Assembly: GCA_003511165.1 (NCBI GenBank)
Contig: DOJW01000004.1
Span: 4,015-68,014 of the forward strand
Length of the DNA: 64,000 nucleotides
Reading direction: 5' to 3'
Origin: Candidatus Babelota bacterium
GTDB taxonomy: Bacteria; Babelota; Babeliae; Babelales; UBA12411
Part shown: piece after piece, positions 28,923 through 38,637 of the stretch
Position numbering within the stretch: the first letter of the stretch is position 1
How the letters are laid out: every line of letters begins with the position of its first letter
The notes under the pieces: model-generated
Databases searched by the model: none
Told to the model about the DNA's origin: nothing
What the model saw: the letters and a program-made list of their open reading frames with translations, nothing else
Made by a program: the position numbers and the translations under genes

Positions 28923-29439
28923 TTTTTACTCCGATCATTTCTTTTACAGTTTTACCACGCAAATATGCAATTTTTTTTGCAGCTCTAAGTTTCAATAAAG
29001 CATCTATTGTTGCCTTAACAACATTAGTAGGATTTTTAGAACCTATTGATTTGGTTAAAATATCTTTTACCCCAACAGCTTCCATAACTGCTCTAACAGC
29101 TCCCCCAGCAATTACGCCAGTACCTTTTGATGCAGATCTTATAACGACCTTGCTAGCTCCATGTTTTCCAATAATCCCAAAAGGGACTGTTGTTTTATAA
29201 AGAGGAATTTCTATCATACTCTCTTTAGCTTTTTTAACAGCTTTTGCGATAGCGAGAGAAACATCTCTACTTTTACCTTGAGCCATGCCAACAGATCCTG
29301 AATTATTACCAACCACAACTAATGCAGAAAAAGCAAATCTTCTTCCACCGGTAATAACTTTAGCAACTCTACGAACCTTCAGAACCTTTTCAACTAATTC
29401 TTCAGTTGTCTGTGGCAATTTCTTTTTAGCTTCTGCCAT
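28897..29439 (-). CDS. rpsE: 30S ribosomal protein S5
   Basis: 180 aa. RV.KV..GGRRF.F.ALVVVGN..G.VG. Confidence 0.93.
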   Translation of the reverse strand: MAEAKKKLPQTTEELVEKVLKVRRVAKVITGGRRFAFSALVVVGNNSGSVGMAQGKSRDVSLAIAKAVKKAKESMIEIPLYKTTVPFGIIGKHGASKVVIRSASKGTGVIAGGAVRAVMEAVGVKDILTKSIGSKNPTNVVKATIDALLKLRAAKKIAYLRGKTVKEMIGVKNDAVEQVK

Positions 29440-29498
29440 AAATGTATCCTAATCTACTTACTCTTAAAAATATTTTATATCTATCAAAACTATATATT

Positions 29499-29852
29499 TT
29501 AAAAATTCAAGCCACTTTCTCTTAATCCATCAGCCAAAGCAGCAACTCTTCCATGATAAGCATATTTACCACGATCAAAAAAAACTTTTTCGACGGATTT
29601 AGATTTAGCTATTTTACCTAATTCAATTCCAACCTTTTTTGCTATTTCAGCCTTTGTTCCTTTTTCTTTCAAAACCAAGGAAGAAAAACTAGCCAAAGTT
29701 GAATGAGTGCTATCATCAATTATTTGAGCATAAATCTGATTTAAACTTCTAAAAACTGATACTCTTGGAAGTATACCTCTACTTACAAAAGAATTTTTTA
29801 CTCTAAACTTTCTTCTTTTAGCTCTTATTTTCAGTTTTTTCTCGTAGCTCAC
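29499..29852 (-). CDS. rplR: 50S ribosomal protein L18
   Basis: 117 aa. R..V.RS...IYAQ.IDD, FDRG.Y.YHGRV.ALA. Confidence 0.92.
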   Translation of the reverse strand: MSYEKKLKIRAKRRKFRVKNSFVSRGILPRVSVFRSLNQIYAQIIDDSTHSTLASFSSLVLKEKGTKAEIAKKVGIELGKIAKSKSVEKVFFDRGKYAYHGRVAALADGLRESGLNF

Positions 29853-29881
29853 AAATTTTCCCTTTTAGATACCAAACTTAA

Positions 29882-30427
29882 TTATGCAGCTGTTTTAGAT
29901 TTTCCAGCTTTTCTAATAACAAATTCATTTTCTCTAATAATTCCAGTCCCTTTATAAGGTTCAACCGGTCTAAAAGACCTTATTGTATCACAAGTTTGTC
30001 CAAGCAATCTTTTATCACCAGCTTTAACATTTAAAAGTTGTCCTGTTTTATCAACTGTAATTTCTACACCAACTGGAATTTCAAAATCAATTTTATGGCT
30101 GTAACCCAAAGAAAATATCATTTTTTTGCCTGTTATTTGTGCTTTAAATCCCAAGCCAACTATTTTTATATTTTCTTCAAATCCAGTGTCTATACCCTTA
30201 ATTTCATTAGCGAGTAAAGCTCTGTGTAATCCCCAATTCATTTTTGCGTCTTTGTCCATCTTACCGTTTACACCCAAAATCAAGGTGCCTTTTTCATGTT
30301 TAATGTTTAATGAAGCAGGAAGAACATGAGTAATTTTACCTTTTGTTGCACTTAAAGAAATTACATTATCTTTAATTTCAACTTTCACAGAATTTAATAA
30401 TATCGGTTTTCTGCCAATTTTTGACAT
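29882..30427 (-). CDS. rplF: 50S ribosomal protein L6
   Basis: 181 aa. SKIGRKPI start, PEPYKGKG-like VEPYKGTGI. Confidence 0.92.
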   Translation of the reverse strand: MSKIGRKPILLNSVKVEIKDNVISLSATKGKITHVLPASLNIKHEKGTLILGVNGKMDKDAKMNWGLHRALLANEIKGIDTGFEENIKIVGLGFKAQITGKKMIFSLGYSHKIDFEIPVGVEITVDKTGQLLNVKAGDKRLLGQTCDTIRSFRPVEPYKGTGIIRENEFVIRKAGKSKTAA

Positions 30428-30439
30428 TGCTTTTACCTT

Positions 30440-30835
30440 TTACCAAACGTGACAAATAACTTCGCCACCAACTGACAATTCTTTAGCTTTTTTATCTGCA
30501 ACTATTCCAAGATTTGTTGTTAAAATAGCAACTCCAAGACCACCTATGACAGATCGCATTTTACTAACACCTTCATAAGTACGTTTACCTGGCTTGCTAA
30601 TACGAACTATTTCATGGATTACAGATTCGCCATCAACATATTTTAAATAAACTTTTAAAAGACTTTTTTTATTTTCGTCTTCTATTTTTTGAAAATCTTT
30701 TATAAAACCTTCTTCTTTCAAAACTTGAGCAATTCCCAATTTTTCATTTGAAAAAGGAGCAGTAACAGAACGCTTGGTAGCTCTTATTCCGTTTCTGATT
30801 ATAGTTAAAAAATCACCGATCGAATCTATTGACAT
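30440..30835 (-). CDS. rpsH: 30S ribosomal protein S8
   Basis: 131 aa. DSIGDFLT.IRNG and GGEV.C.VW end. Confidence 0.93.
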   Translation of the reverse strand: MSIDSIGDFLTIIRNGIRATKRSVTAPFSNEKLGIAQVLKEEGFIKDFQKIEDENKKSLLKVYLKYVDGESVIHEIVRISKPGKRTYEGVSKMRSVIGGLGVAILTTNLGIVADKKAKELSVGGEVICHVW

Positions 30836-30859
30836 TTTTTCCTCGTAAAATCAAATTTC

Positions 30860-31045
30860 TTACCAACTTGCTTTTTTAACACCTGGCAATAAACCTTGCA
30901 AGGCATATTTTCTAAAACAAAGCCTGCACAACATAAACATTCTCATAAAACCACGTGGCCTTCCACACAATTTGCAACGATTTCTTTTTCTTGTAGAAAA
31001 TTTTGGTTCTTTATTTGCTTTTTCTATGAGACTTTTCTTTGCCAT
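30860..31045 (-). CDS. rpsN: 30S ribosomal protein S14, short Zn-binding (type Z) form
   Basis: 61 aa. C-x2-C...C-x2-C (CKLCGRPRG...CRLCFR). Confidence 0.92.
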   Translation of the reverse strand: MAKKSLIEKANKEPKFSTRKRNRCKLCGRPRGFMRMFMLCRLCFRKYALQGLLPGVKKASW

Positions 31046-31048
31046 AAC

Positions 31049-31597
31049 TTATTCCTTAACCTTTTGAAACGGCATATTAAAGCTTTTCAATAAAGCATAA
31101 ACATGCTTATCATTCTTAGAAGAAGTTTCAATTGTAATATTTAAACCTCTGGATATTTCTACTTTGTCATAATCAACTTCTGGAAATATCATCCAATCTT
31201 TTATTCCCAAATTATAATTTCCATTTCCATCGAAACTTACTTTAACACCTTGGAAATCCTTGTTTCGAGGCAATGCCAAATTAATTAGCTTATCCAAAAA
31301 GTTATACATTCTTTGGCCCCTAAGAGTAACTTTTACTCCTATTGCCGATCCTTCTTTTAATTTAAATCCCGCAACAGATTTTTTTGCATAAGTTGTTAGA
31401 CCTGCTTGTCCAGCAATTAATCCTATAACTTCTTTTACAGCCGCTACAGCTTTTGCATCTGATACAGATTCTTTAATACCAGTATTCAAAACAATTTTAT
31501 TAACCTTAGGAACTTCCATTTCATTGCTTAAGTTTAATTCTTTTTGAAGAGCTGGTTTTAATTTTGTTTTATATATTTCTTCTAATCGCATAGCCAT
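31049..31597 (-). CDS. rplE: 50S ribosomal protein L5
   Basis: 182 aa. Canonical position and sequence (F.G....FDG.GNY..G). Confidence 0.93.
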   Translation of the reverse strand: MAMRLEEIYKTKLKPALQKELNLSNEMEVPKVNKIVLNTGIKESVSDAKAVAAVKEVIGLIAGQAGLTTYAKKSVAGFKLKEGSAIGVKVTLRGQRMYNFLDKLINLALPRNKDFQGVKVSFDGNGNYNLGIKDWMIFPEVDYDKVEISRGLNITIETSSKNDKHVYALLKSFNMPFQKVKE

Positions 31598-31617
31598 ATT
31601 ATTTCCTTAAAACTCGA

Positions 31618-31932
31618 TTAAAATTCTTCTTTACATCGATGACATACTCGAACTTTGTTTTTATCTTCTTTAATTTTTACTTGCATGCGACAAGACTTTT
31701 TACACGAAGAACAAACCGGCATTACTCTGCAAAGAGGAATATAAGCTTCTTCTTTGATAATTCCGCCTTTTTCACCTGATCTTTTAGCTTTAACATGCCG
31801 AGTTACTATTGCAATATTTTTTACTAATACTGCATCCTTTTTTGTGTCAATATCGATAACTCGACCTTCTTTGCCCTTATCTTTACCTGATAGAACAACA
31901 ACCAAGTCATCCTTTTTAATTCTACTTAGCAT
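31618..31932 (-). CDS. rplX: 50S ribosomal protein L24 (with CxxC...CxxC C-terminus)
   Basis: KOW motif VLSGKDKGKEGRV. ATG at 31932 has a GAGGAAG RBS; the track start at 31944 is GTG. Confidence 0.9.
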   Translation of the reverse strand: MLSRIKKDDLVVVLSGKDKGKEGRVIDIDTKKDAVLVKNIAIVTRHVKAKRSGEKGGIIKEEAYIPLCRVMPVCSSCKKSCRMQVKIKEDKNKVRVCHRCKEEF

Positions 31933-31952
31933 TATCTTCCTCACTGCAAAAT

Positions 31953-32321
31953 TTATAAAACTTCGGGAGCTAAAGAAATTATTTTCGAATAACCACCAGA
32001 TCTTAATTCTCTTGCAACTGGACCTGAAATTCGTGTTCCAATCATTTGCCCTGCTTTATCTAAAATCACAGCCGCATTATCATCAAAACGAATATAACTT
32101 CCATCTTCTCTTCTAAATTCTTTTCTTGTACGAACAATAACTGCATCCCAAACTTCACCTTTTTTAACAGTGCCGCCGGGAATCGCGCTTTTAACTGCGA
32201 TTTTTATAATATCTCCCAAATAAGCAAATCGTTTGTTTGTTCCACCAGGAACTCCGATAACCATAACGCTTTTTGCACCTGAGTTATCTGCAACATTGAG
32301 TTTTGTTTGTTTTTGTACCAT
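31953..32321 (-). CDS. rplN: 50S ribosomal protein L14
   Basis: 122 aa. [16 protein letters not shown]. Confidence 0.94.
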   Translation of the reverse strand: MVQKQTKLNVADNSGAKSVMVIGVPGGTNKRFAYLGDIIKIAVKSAIPGGTVKKGEVWDAVIVRTRKEFRREDGSYIRFDDNAAVILDKAGQMIGTRISGPVARELRSGGYSKIISLAPEVL

Positions 32322-32340
32322 AATCTATGCCCAAACTTTA

Positions 32341-32613
32341 TTAGTTAGAACTACGAATTATTTTGCATAAAACCATATGCTTGGTCTTTGATAAAGGTCT
32401 GCATTCTGCAAATTCAACCCAATTTCCGACTTTTGCACTATTCTTTTCATCATGAACCTTGTATTTCTTGGAACGCTTAATAACTTTTCCCAACACAGGA
32501 TGTTTTAATGTTCTTGTAACCTCAACAACAATGGTCTTATCCATTTTATCTGAGACTACTTCGCCTTCCATCTTCTTAGATTCATTTATTTTTATTGCTT
32601 CAAGTTCTGCCAT
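32341..32613 (-). CDS. rpsQ: 30S ribosomal protein S17
   Basis: 90 aa. G.VVSDKMDKT.VV.V, K.HDE.N. Confidence 0.92.
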   Translation of the reverse strand: MAELEAIKINESKKMEGEVVSDKMDKTIVVEVTRTLKHPVLGKVIKRSKKYKVHDEKNSAKVGNWVEFAECRPLSKTKHMVLCKIIRSSN

Positions 32614-32635
32614 TTGATATACCCACCAAGCTAAT

Positions 32636-32833
32636 TTAGCTATTATTATTTTTTTGTTGTTTTATCAAAGTTAAAGCTCGAGCTATGCGTCTTTTAAGTT
32701 TCTTAAATTGTGAGTAATCTTTTACAGACGTAGTTGAAACATTTAACTTCAAATTAAAATATTCTTTTTTCAATTGCTCTACTTCTAATATTAGAGCTTT
32801 ATTATCTAGAGTTGTTAAATCTGTTTTATTCAT
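32636..32833 (-). CDS. rpmC: 50S ribosomal protein L29
   Basis: 65 aa. Canonical position between rplP and rpsQ. IARALT motif. Confidence 0.88.
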   Translation of the reverse strand: MNKTDLTTLDNKALILEVEQLKKEYFNLKLNVSTTSVKDYSQFKKLKRRIARALTLIKQQKNNNS

Positions 32834-32856
32834 AAAGTAAAACCTTTATTCACTTC

Positions 32857-33291
32857 CTAATTTTTAACTTCTTCTACAACAGTTGCTTCTTTTCTAATAA
32901 ATTTAGTCTTCATAGGAAGTTTATAGGAAACCTGATTTAAAGCTTCCTTAGCCTCGCTTTCTGATAACCCTTTTAACTCGAATAAAATTCGACCTCTTTT
33001 AACAACCGCTACCCAAACCTCTGGATTTCCTTTTCCCTTTCCCATTCTAGTTTCAGCTGGTTTTTTAGAAATTGGTTTATCAGGAAATACCCTAATAAAT
33101 AAATCTCCACCTTTTTTAAGCCTTCTAGAAATAGATACACGGGAAGCTTCTATTTGTCGCGCTGTTACCCATGCAGGCTCTACCGCAACCAACCCAAAAT
33201 CTCCAAAAGCAAGCTCACGCGCTCCTTTTGAAAGTCCAGTCATTCTACCTCTTTGGGATTTTCTAAATTTAGTTTTTTTCGGCATTAACAT
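32857..33291 (-). CDS. rplP: 50S ribosomal protein L16
   Basis: 144 aa. [24 protein letters not shown]. Confidence 0.94.
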   Translation of the reverse strand: MLMPKKTKFRKSQRGRMTGLSKGARELAFGDFGLVAVEPAWVTARQIEASRVSISRRLKKGGDLFIRVFPDKPISKKPAETRMGKGKGNPEVWVAVVKRGRILFELKGLSESEAKEALNQVSYKLPMKTKFIRKEATVVEEVKN

Positions 33292-33308
33292 GACGTTTCT
33301 CTACCTTA

Positions 33309-33932
33309 TTAATATTCGCCTTTACAAATCCAAACTTTAACACCTATTAATCCGTAAGTAGTTTTAGCTTCTGCACAAGCATATTCAATGTGGGATCTTA
33401 ATGTATGCAAAGGAATGGAACCCAATTTCAACCACTCTATTCGCGCAATTTCAGCACCGCCCAATCTTCCAGAGCAACAAATTTTAATACCTTTAGTTCC
33501 GCTTTTTATAGCTGCAAACCCGGCTTTTTTCATCAATTTTTTAACATTTGCTCTTTTTTCTAACTGTTCTGCGATGCTTATAGCAACCAATTGAGCATTT
33601 GCTTCAGGAACTTTTATTTCTTGAACAGAAATATCAACTTGTTTATTGAATTCCTTATACATTGCGTCTCTAAGCTGCAAAATACCTTGTCCTTTTTTAC
33701 CGATAACGCTTCCAGGGCGACCAGAAAATAAAACAATTTTTACGTTATCCCCTGCTTTATCAATAACAATTTTCGCAATTTCGGATCTATCAAGATTAGC
33801 AAGAAGAAAATTTCTCATTTTTATATCTTCAAGCAATCCAACTCCATAAGATCCTTTTTTAGCAAACCAATGAGCTTGCCAATCTTCGTATACTCCTAAT
33901 CTAAATCCTAAAGGATGTACCTTCTGTCCCAC
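33309..33932 (-). CDS. rpsC: 30S ribosomal protein S3
   Basis: 207 aa. MGQKVHP.GFRLG, KH domain, GRLGGAEIAR.E. Confidence 0.94.
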   Translation of the reverse strand: MGQKVHPLGFRLGVYEDWQAHWFAKKGSYGVGLLEDIKMRNFLLANLDRSEIAKIVIDKAGDNVKIVLFSGRPGSVIGKKGQGILQLRDAMYKEFNKQVDISVQEIKVPEANAQLVAISIAEQLEKRANVKKLMKKAGFAAIKSGTKGIKICCSGRLGGAEIARIEWLKLGSIPLHTLRSHIEYACAEAKTTYGLIGVKVWICKGEY

Positions 33933-33963
33933 AAATCACCTCAAATAAAGAGTTTATGAAATT

Positions 33964-34299
33964 TTACTTACTTTCTAATACTATTTTTATGTGACTTAAT
34001 CTTTTTCTTTGCGCCGCAGCTCGTCCCATTGCAGATGGTTTAGAATATTTAATAATAGGCCCTTGATCAACCACTATTTCTTTAATGTAAAGATTCTCCA
34101 TACCAATATCTTTTTGAAGATTCTTTGCATTTGAATAAGCTGAGTAAACAAGTTTTTCAACTGGTTCTACCATTTTAACTCTGCACATCTTAAGCCAAGC
34201 CAAAGCTTTGTCTACAGAATTTCCCCTAACTACATCTGCATATAGTCTCAATTTATAAGGAGAAACTCTAACATATCTACTACTAGCCCTAAACAGCAT
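33964..34299 (-). CDS. rplV: 50S ribosomal protein L22
   Basis: 111 aa. R.SP.K.RL.AD..RG, RA.GRA....R.SHI. Confidence 0.92.
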   Translation of the reverse strand: MLFRASSRYVRVSPYKLRLYADVVRGNSVDKALAWLKMCRVKMVEPVEKLVYSAYSNAKNLQKDIGMENLYIKEIVVDQGPIIKYSKPSAMGRAAAQRKRLSHIKIVLESK

Positions 34300-34316
34300 A
34301 TTTTTCCCATCCTAAA

Positions 34317-34607
34317 TTATTTAGATTCTGTAACAGCAGCCGCTTTACGTTGTCCACTGTGTACCCTAAAAGTTCTTGTAAAAGAAAATTCACCTAATGA
34401 ATGTCCTACCATATTTTCAGTTATGAAAATGGGATTAAATTTTTTCCCATCATGAACCGCAATAGTTAGGCCAACAAACTCCGGAGTGATAACACTGGAT
34501 CTAGCCCAAGTTTTTATCATTTCTTTTTTTCCGGAAGATCTTACTTTATCTATTTTTTCTTGTAATTTAGGTGATACATAAGGGCCTTTTTTTAACGACC
34601 TTGCCAT
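34317..34607 (-). CDS. rpsS: 30S ribosomal protein S19
   Basis: 96 aa. [23 protein letters not shown]. Confidence 0.94.
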   Translation of the reverse strand: MARSLKKGPYVSPKLQEKIDKVRSSGKKEMIKTWARSSVITPEFVGLTIAVHDGKKFNPIFITENMVGHSLGEFSFTRTFRVHSGQRKAAAVTESK

Positions 34608-34643
34608 AATATATTAATCCTTTGTCTTTCTAACAGAACATTA

Positions 34644-35462
34644 CTACGGTTTACGACGTCTAATAATAGCATCATTGCTTCTTTTTCTTGTTCGCATACC
34701 CTTACAACATTTTCCCCAAGGAGTAACTGGGTGTGATCCTGATTTAGATCTACCTTCTCCACCACCATGAGGGTGATCTACTGGATTCATAGCCATACCT
34801 CGAACAGCAGGTCTGAATCCCAAATGTCTTGTTCTGCCTGCTTTTCCTAATGTAATATTTCTATAATCTGCGTTAGACAATATTCCGATAGTTGCCCAAC
34901 AATTTAAAGAAATTTTTCGAATTTCACTTGAAGGCATTTTTAAAATTGCGAATTCACCTTCTTTAGCCATTAATTGAACCGAGGTTCCTGCGCTACGTGC
35001 AAATTTTCCGCCTCTTCCTGCATACAATTCAACATTATGAACAAAAAACCCTACGGGTATTTTTCTTAATGGTAAAGAATATCCAACCTTGGCTTCTGCA
35101 TCAACACTTGCCATTACTTCGCTGCCAACTTTCAATCCATCTGGTGATAAAATATAGCTTTTAGCACCATTTTTGTAAACAACTAAAGCTATAGAAACGT
35201 TTCTGTTTGGATCATATTCCAAAGCAATTACAGACCCGCTAATATCTCTATGAATTCTTTTAAAATCAATTATTCTGTATTTTCTTTTAGCTCCACCGCC
35301 ACGATGTCTAACAGTAATTCTTCCGTACGCATTTCGTCCGCCAGTTTTAGGTAACGCTGTTACCAAACTTTTTTCTGGATCCTTTTTGGTCAAATGCTTT
35401 GTAGAAATAAACTGCTGGGCTCTTAAAGATGGATTTTCTGGTTTTCTAGATATAATCGCCAT
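34644..35462 (-). CDS. rplB: 50S ribosomal protein L2
   Basis: 272 aa. GRN..GRIT.RHRGGG.KR.YR.IDF, MNPVDHPHGGGEG. Confidence 0.95.
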   Translation of the reverse strand: MAIISRKPENPSLRAQQFISTKHLTKKDPEKSLVTALPKTGGRNAYGRITVRHRGGGAKRKYRIIDFKRIHRDISGSVIALEYDPNRNVSIALVVYKNGAKSYILSPDGLKVGSEVMASVDAEAKVGYSLPLRKIPVGFFVHNVELYAGRGGKFARSAGTSVQLMAKEGEFAILKMPSSEIRKISLNCWATIGILSNADYRNITLGKAGRTRHLGFRPAVRGMAMNPVDHPHGGGEGRSKSGSHPVTPWGKCCKGMRTRKRSNDAIIRRRKP

Positions 35463-35464
35463 AA

Positions 35465-35806
35465 TTATTCCTTACCTTTTGAAAGATTTTCTTCTTTCTT
35501 CAAGCCCATTGTTTCAAATTGATCTCCTAAATCAATTTTGTAACCTTTTTTCAAAGTAACAATAGCTTTCTTGACATCAGATGAAACAAAAGATCTTCGA
35601 CCAGATGTTTTGTTTTTTCCATGTAAATTAATAATTCGAACCGTATCTACTTCAACTTTCCATATTTTTTTTACAGCATCTCTAACCAAAATTTTGTTAG
35701 CTGCATTATTAACCAAGAAAGTTATTTTCCCCAAGGTTCGCCTTTGCTCTAGGCTCTTTGTGGTACTAATAGTACCTTTGATAACATCAAAAATATTCAA
35801 TTCCAT
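35465..35806 (-). CDS. rplW: 50S ribosomal protein L23
   Basis: 113 aa. Canonical position. F.V...A.K..V..AV....V.V..V. Confidence 0.88.
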   Translation of the reverse strand: MELNIFDVIKGTISTTKSLEQRRTLGKITFLVNNAANKILVRDAVKKIWKVEVDTVRIINLHGKNKTSGRRSFVSSDVKKAIVTLKKGYKIDLGDQFETMGLKKEENLSKGKE

Positions 35807-36441
35807 TTTGCAACCATGCTTTTAAATAAGTCTGAATCTTTTTTAAGAAATACCCAATTTTTAACACATGTAAGATCAAATGCATTAGGTTGATCAAAAA
35901 ATAAAATATTTACGTTAGGAATATTTCTGAAAGATGAAAAACTTTTAGAATCATTAAAATCTAAAAAGATAACTGTTTTATCTTTGTGCAAATTTAAATT
36001 TTTCAAAATTTTATAAACATCTTTAGTTTTTGGATTTGTCTCATTACTTGAAAAATCCACACATTTTATCTTATCACCTTCAAGCATTGAATAAAAAATG
36101 TTATTAAAAGCCACAACTTTTTGATTAGCAGAAAGTTTTAATTTTCTGGTTCTTGGTTGAGGTCCAAAAATAACTCCACCTTTTCTCCAAAGAGGAGAAC
36201 TGGCTGTTCCTGCTCGAGCTCGACCTGTACCTTTTTGCTTCCATGGTTTTTTACCGGAAAAAGCAACCTCGCTTCTATCTTTACAAGCTACTGTTCCTTG
36301 TCTCCAATTAATAAGCAACGATCTTATTGCTAAAGAATAAGCTTTAGTTGAAATTTCCCTTTTAGGAAGGTCAAATCCCAAATCCAAATTTCCTTGCTTT
36401 TGCCCATCGGCATTAAATACTGAAATTACTTCCATTGCCAT
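35797..36441 (-). CDS. rplD: 50S ribosomal protein L4
   Basis: 214 aa. [15 protein letters not shown]....P.WR.GGV.FGP. Confidence 0.93.
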   Translation of the reverse strand: MAMEVISVFNADGQKQGNLDLGFDLPKREISTKAYSLAIRSLLINWRQGTVACKDRSEVAFSGKKPWKQKGTGRARAGTASSPLWRKGGVIFGPQPRTRKLKLSANQKVVAFNNIFYSMLEGDKIKCVDFSSNETNPKTKDVYKILKNLNLHKDKTVIFLDFNDSKSFSSFRNIPNVNILFFDQPNAFDLTCVKNWVFLKKDSDLFKSMVAKWN

Positions 36442-37070
36442 TACCCTTGTTTAGAAATTTCTAATAAAGTATTCTTTTTACCTGGAACAGAGCCCTTAAT
36501 ATATAAACATCCGATATTTTTATCAATTCGAACTATCTTCAATTTTCTTACTGTAAATCTTCGAGATCCAAGCTGTCCTGGTAATTTCTTACCCTTTATA
36601 ACCTCTCCCTGAGTTCTCATGTGTCCAATTGCTCCGGGAGCACGATGAAACATTGAACCGTGACTTGCTGGCCCACCGGCAAATCCCCATCGTTTAACAA
36701 CACCCTGAAAACCTTTACCGATTGAGGTTCCCGCTACATTGATGATTTCGCCTTCAGATAAAGAAACATTGGATAAATCTAATTTTTGGCCAATAACTAC
36801 TTTATTTTCGCTTTCTTGGTCTATCGAAACTTCTCTAACTTTAGAAAAATATTCTTTTTTATTAGAGAGCCAATTTTCAGAAAACTTATTTTCTAAGTAT
36901 TTCTTTTTTAATTTACCCACCTGCACAGCAGAATAACCATCTTTTTTAACAGATTTAAGTTGCGTAACAACCCAATCTGAAAAATATATTACTGATACAG
37001 GTACAACTTTTTTATTCTGATCGAAAATTTGGGTCATTCCTATTTTTTCACCAATTAAACCTTTTAGCAT
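36441..37070 (-). CDS. rplC: 50S ribosomal protein L3
   Basis: 209 aa. G.IG.K.GMTQIF, GKGFQG..KRW.F.GG.ASHG. Confidence 0.94.
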   Translation of the reverse strand: MLKGLIGEKIGMTQIFDQNKKVVPVSVIYFSDWVVTQLKSVKKDGYSAVQVGKLKKKYLENKFSENWLSNKKEYFSKVREVSIDQESENKVVIGQKLDLSNVSLSEGEIINVAGTSIGKGFQGVVKRWGFAGGPASHGSMFHRAPGAIGHMRTQGEVIKGKKLPGQLGSRRFTVRKLKIVRIDKNIGCLYIKGSVPGKKNTLLEISKQG

Positions 37071-37085
37071 AAAATTGACCCTCTC

Positions 37086-37391
37086 TTACTTAATTTCAAC
37101 GTCAACTCCTGCTGAAATATTTAATTTCATCAGAGCATCCATTGTTTGTTCTGTTGGAGAAACTATATCTAAAACTCTCTTATGAGTAATAATCTCAAAC
37201 TGTTCTCGAGATTTTTTATCGACGTGAGGAGATCGCAAAACTGTAAAAATTTGTTTTCTATTAGGCATAGGAACAGGTCCTACTAAATTAGAACCTGTTC
37301 TTTTTACCGCTAAAACTATTTGTTTTACAGCGCCGTCTAACAGTCGATGATCATAAGATTTTAAAGTTAATCTTATTTTCTGTTTTTTCAT
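37086..37391 (-). CDS. rpsJ: 30S ribosomal protein S10
   Basis: [21 protein letters not shown] at 37391 preferred; the track start at 37400 is TTG and abuts the tuf stop. Confidence 0.92.
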   Translation of the reverse strand: MKKQKIRLTLKSYDHRLLDGAVKQIVLAVKRTGSNLVGPVPMPNRKQIFTVLRSPHVDKKSREQFEIITHKRVLDIVSPTEQTMDALMKLNISAGVDVEIK

Positions 37392-37400
37392 TTTATACAA

Positions 37401-38591
37401 CTATTCGATTATTTCTGTTACAACACCCGCACCAACTGTTCTTCCACCTTCGCGCACTGCAAATTTAAGCTCTTTTTCCATAGCAATTGGAGAAATAAGT
37501 TCAATTATTAACAGAACATCATCTCCTGGCATGACCATTTCTCGACCTTCAGGAAGAGTAATTACTCCCGTGACATCTGTAGTTCTGAAATAAAATTGAG
37601 GTCTATAACCATTAAAGAATGGGCTATGACGGCCACCTTCTTCTTTGCTTAATGTAACAACCTGAGCTTTAAATTTCTTATGAGGCTTGATTGATCCGAT
37701 AGTTGCAAGAACTTGTCCTCTATTGACTTCTTCTTTTTTGATACCACGAACCAACAAACCAACGTTGTCACCAGCTTGACCTTCATCAAGGGTTTTTTGG
37801 AACATTTCAACGCCTGTAACTGTTGTTTTCATTGTAGGTCCGAGTCCGACGATCTCAACATCTTGACCAACCTTAATTTTACCAGATTCAATTCTTCCGG
37901 TTACAACTGTTCCACGACCTGAAATTGAAAAAACGTCTTCAATTGGCATTAAAAATGCTTTATCTGAATCTCTTTTTGGATCTGGAATATATGAATCTAC
38001 AGCTTCCATAAGTTTTTCAATGGCTTTTGAACCTATTTCACTTGTATCGCCTTCCAATGCCTTAAGAGCTGATCCCCTTATTACAGGAATATCTTTGCCT
38101 GGGAAGTTATATTTGCTTAATAATTCTCTTATTTCATCTTCAACTAAATCTACAAGATCTGGATCGTCAACCATATCAACTTTGTTTAAGAAAACAACAA
38201 TATATGGAACACCAACTTGTCTAGCAAGCAAAATATGTTCTCTTGTTTGAGGCATTGCTCCATCAGCAGCAGAAACTACCAAAATAGCTCCATCCATCTG
38301 AGCAGCTCCTGTAATCATGTTTTTAACATAATCAGCGTGACCTGGACAATCTACGTGAGCATAGTGTCTTTTTGCTGTTTCATATTCAACGTGAGAAGCT
38401 GATATTGTAATACCACGTTCTCTTTCTTCTGGAGCCTTATCAATTTGATCAAATGGTACAGCTACAGATGTTCCGCTTTTAGACAAAACTGTAGTGATAG
38501 CAGCTGTCAAGGTTGTTTTTCCATGATCAACGTGACCAATTGTTCCTATATTTACGTGAGTTTTATTTCTCACAAAAACGCCTTTTGCCAT
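37401..38591 (-). CDS. tuf: Elongation factor Tu
   Basis: The [24 protein letters not shown] start is at 38591. [12 protein letters not shown]. Confidence 0.96.
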   Translation of the reverse strand: MAKGVFVRNKTHVNIGTIGHVDHGKTTLTAAITTVLSKSGTSVAVPFDQIDKAPEERERGITISASHVEYETAKRHYAHVDCPGHADYVKNMITGAAQMDGAILVVSAADGAMPQTREHILLARQVGVPYIVVFLNKVDMVDDPDLVDLVEDEIRELLSKYNFPGKDIPVIRGSALKALEGDTSEIGSKAIEKLMEAVDSYIPDPKRDSDKAFLMPIEDVFSISGRGTVVTGRIESGKIKVGQDVEIVGLGPTMKTTVTGVEMFQKTLDEGQAGDNVGLLVRGIKKEEVNRGQVLATIGSIKPHKKFKAQVVTLSKEEGGRHSPFFNGYRPQFYFRTTDVTGVITLPEGREMVMPGDDVLLIIELISPIAMEKELKFAVREGGRTVGAGVVTEIIE

Positions 38592-38637
38592 TCCAATTCC
38601 TTCCGAAATTATCAATTCTTAACTTGAAATTTACTTT

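Noticed and set aside
28802-29200. Long antisense ORFs opposite conserved genes. Examples: 28802..29200(+), 31754..32116(+), 7126..7407(+), 42319..42660(-), 53643..53975(-), 57210..57749(-), 61410..61748(+), 23184..23474(+).
   Set aside because: Each lies entirely within, and antisense to, a gene with unmistakable conserved motifs (rpsE/rplO, rplX/rplN, pepA, rseP, ABC ATPase, MutS-like, mnmG, rpoA). Their translations are low-complexity with no recognisable features, so they are shadow ORFs.
30860-31045. S14 of only 61 aa, considered as a possible truncation or pseudogene.
   Set aside because: This is the well-known short zinc-binding (type Z) form, with four intact Cys residues and a canonical position.
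31618-31932. CxxC-x18-CxxC zinc-ribbon-like C-terminus in ribosomal protein L24, considered as a possible novelty.
   Set aside because: I recall the same Cys4 arrangement in L24 of some other bacterial lineages, for example Thermus. It is most likely an ancestral variant and not new.
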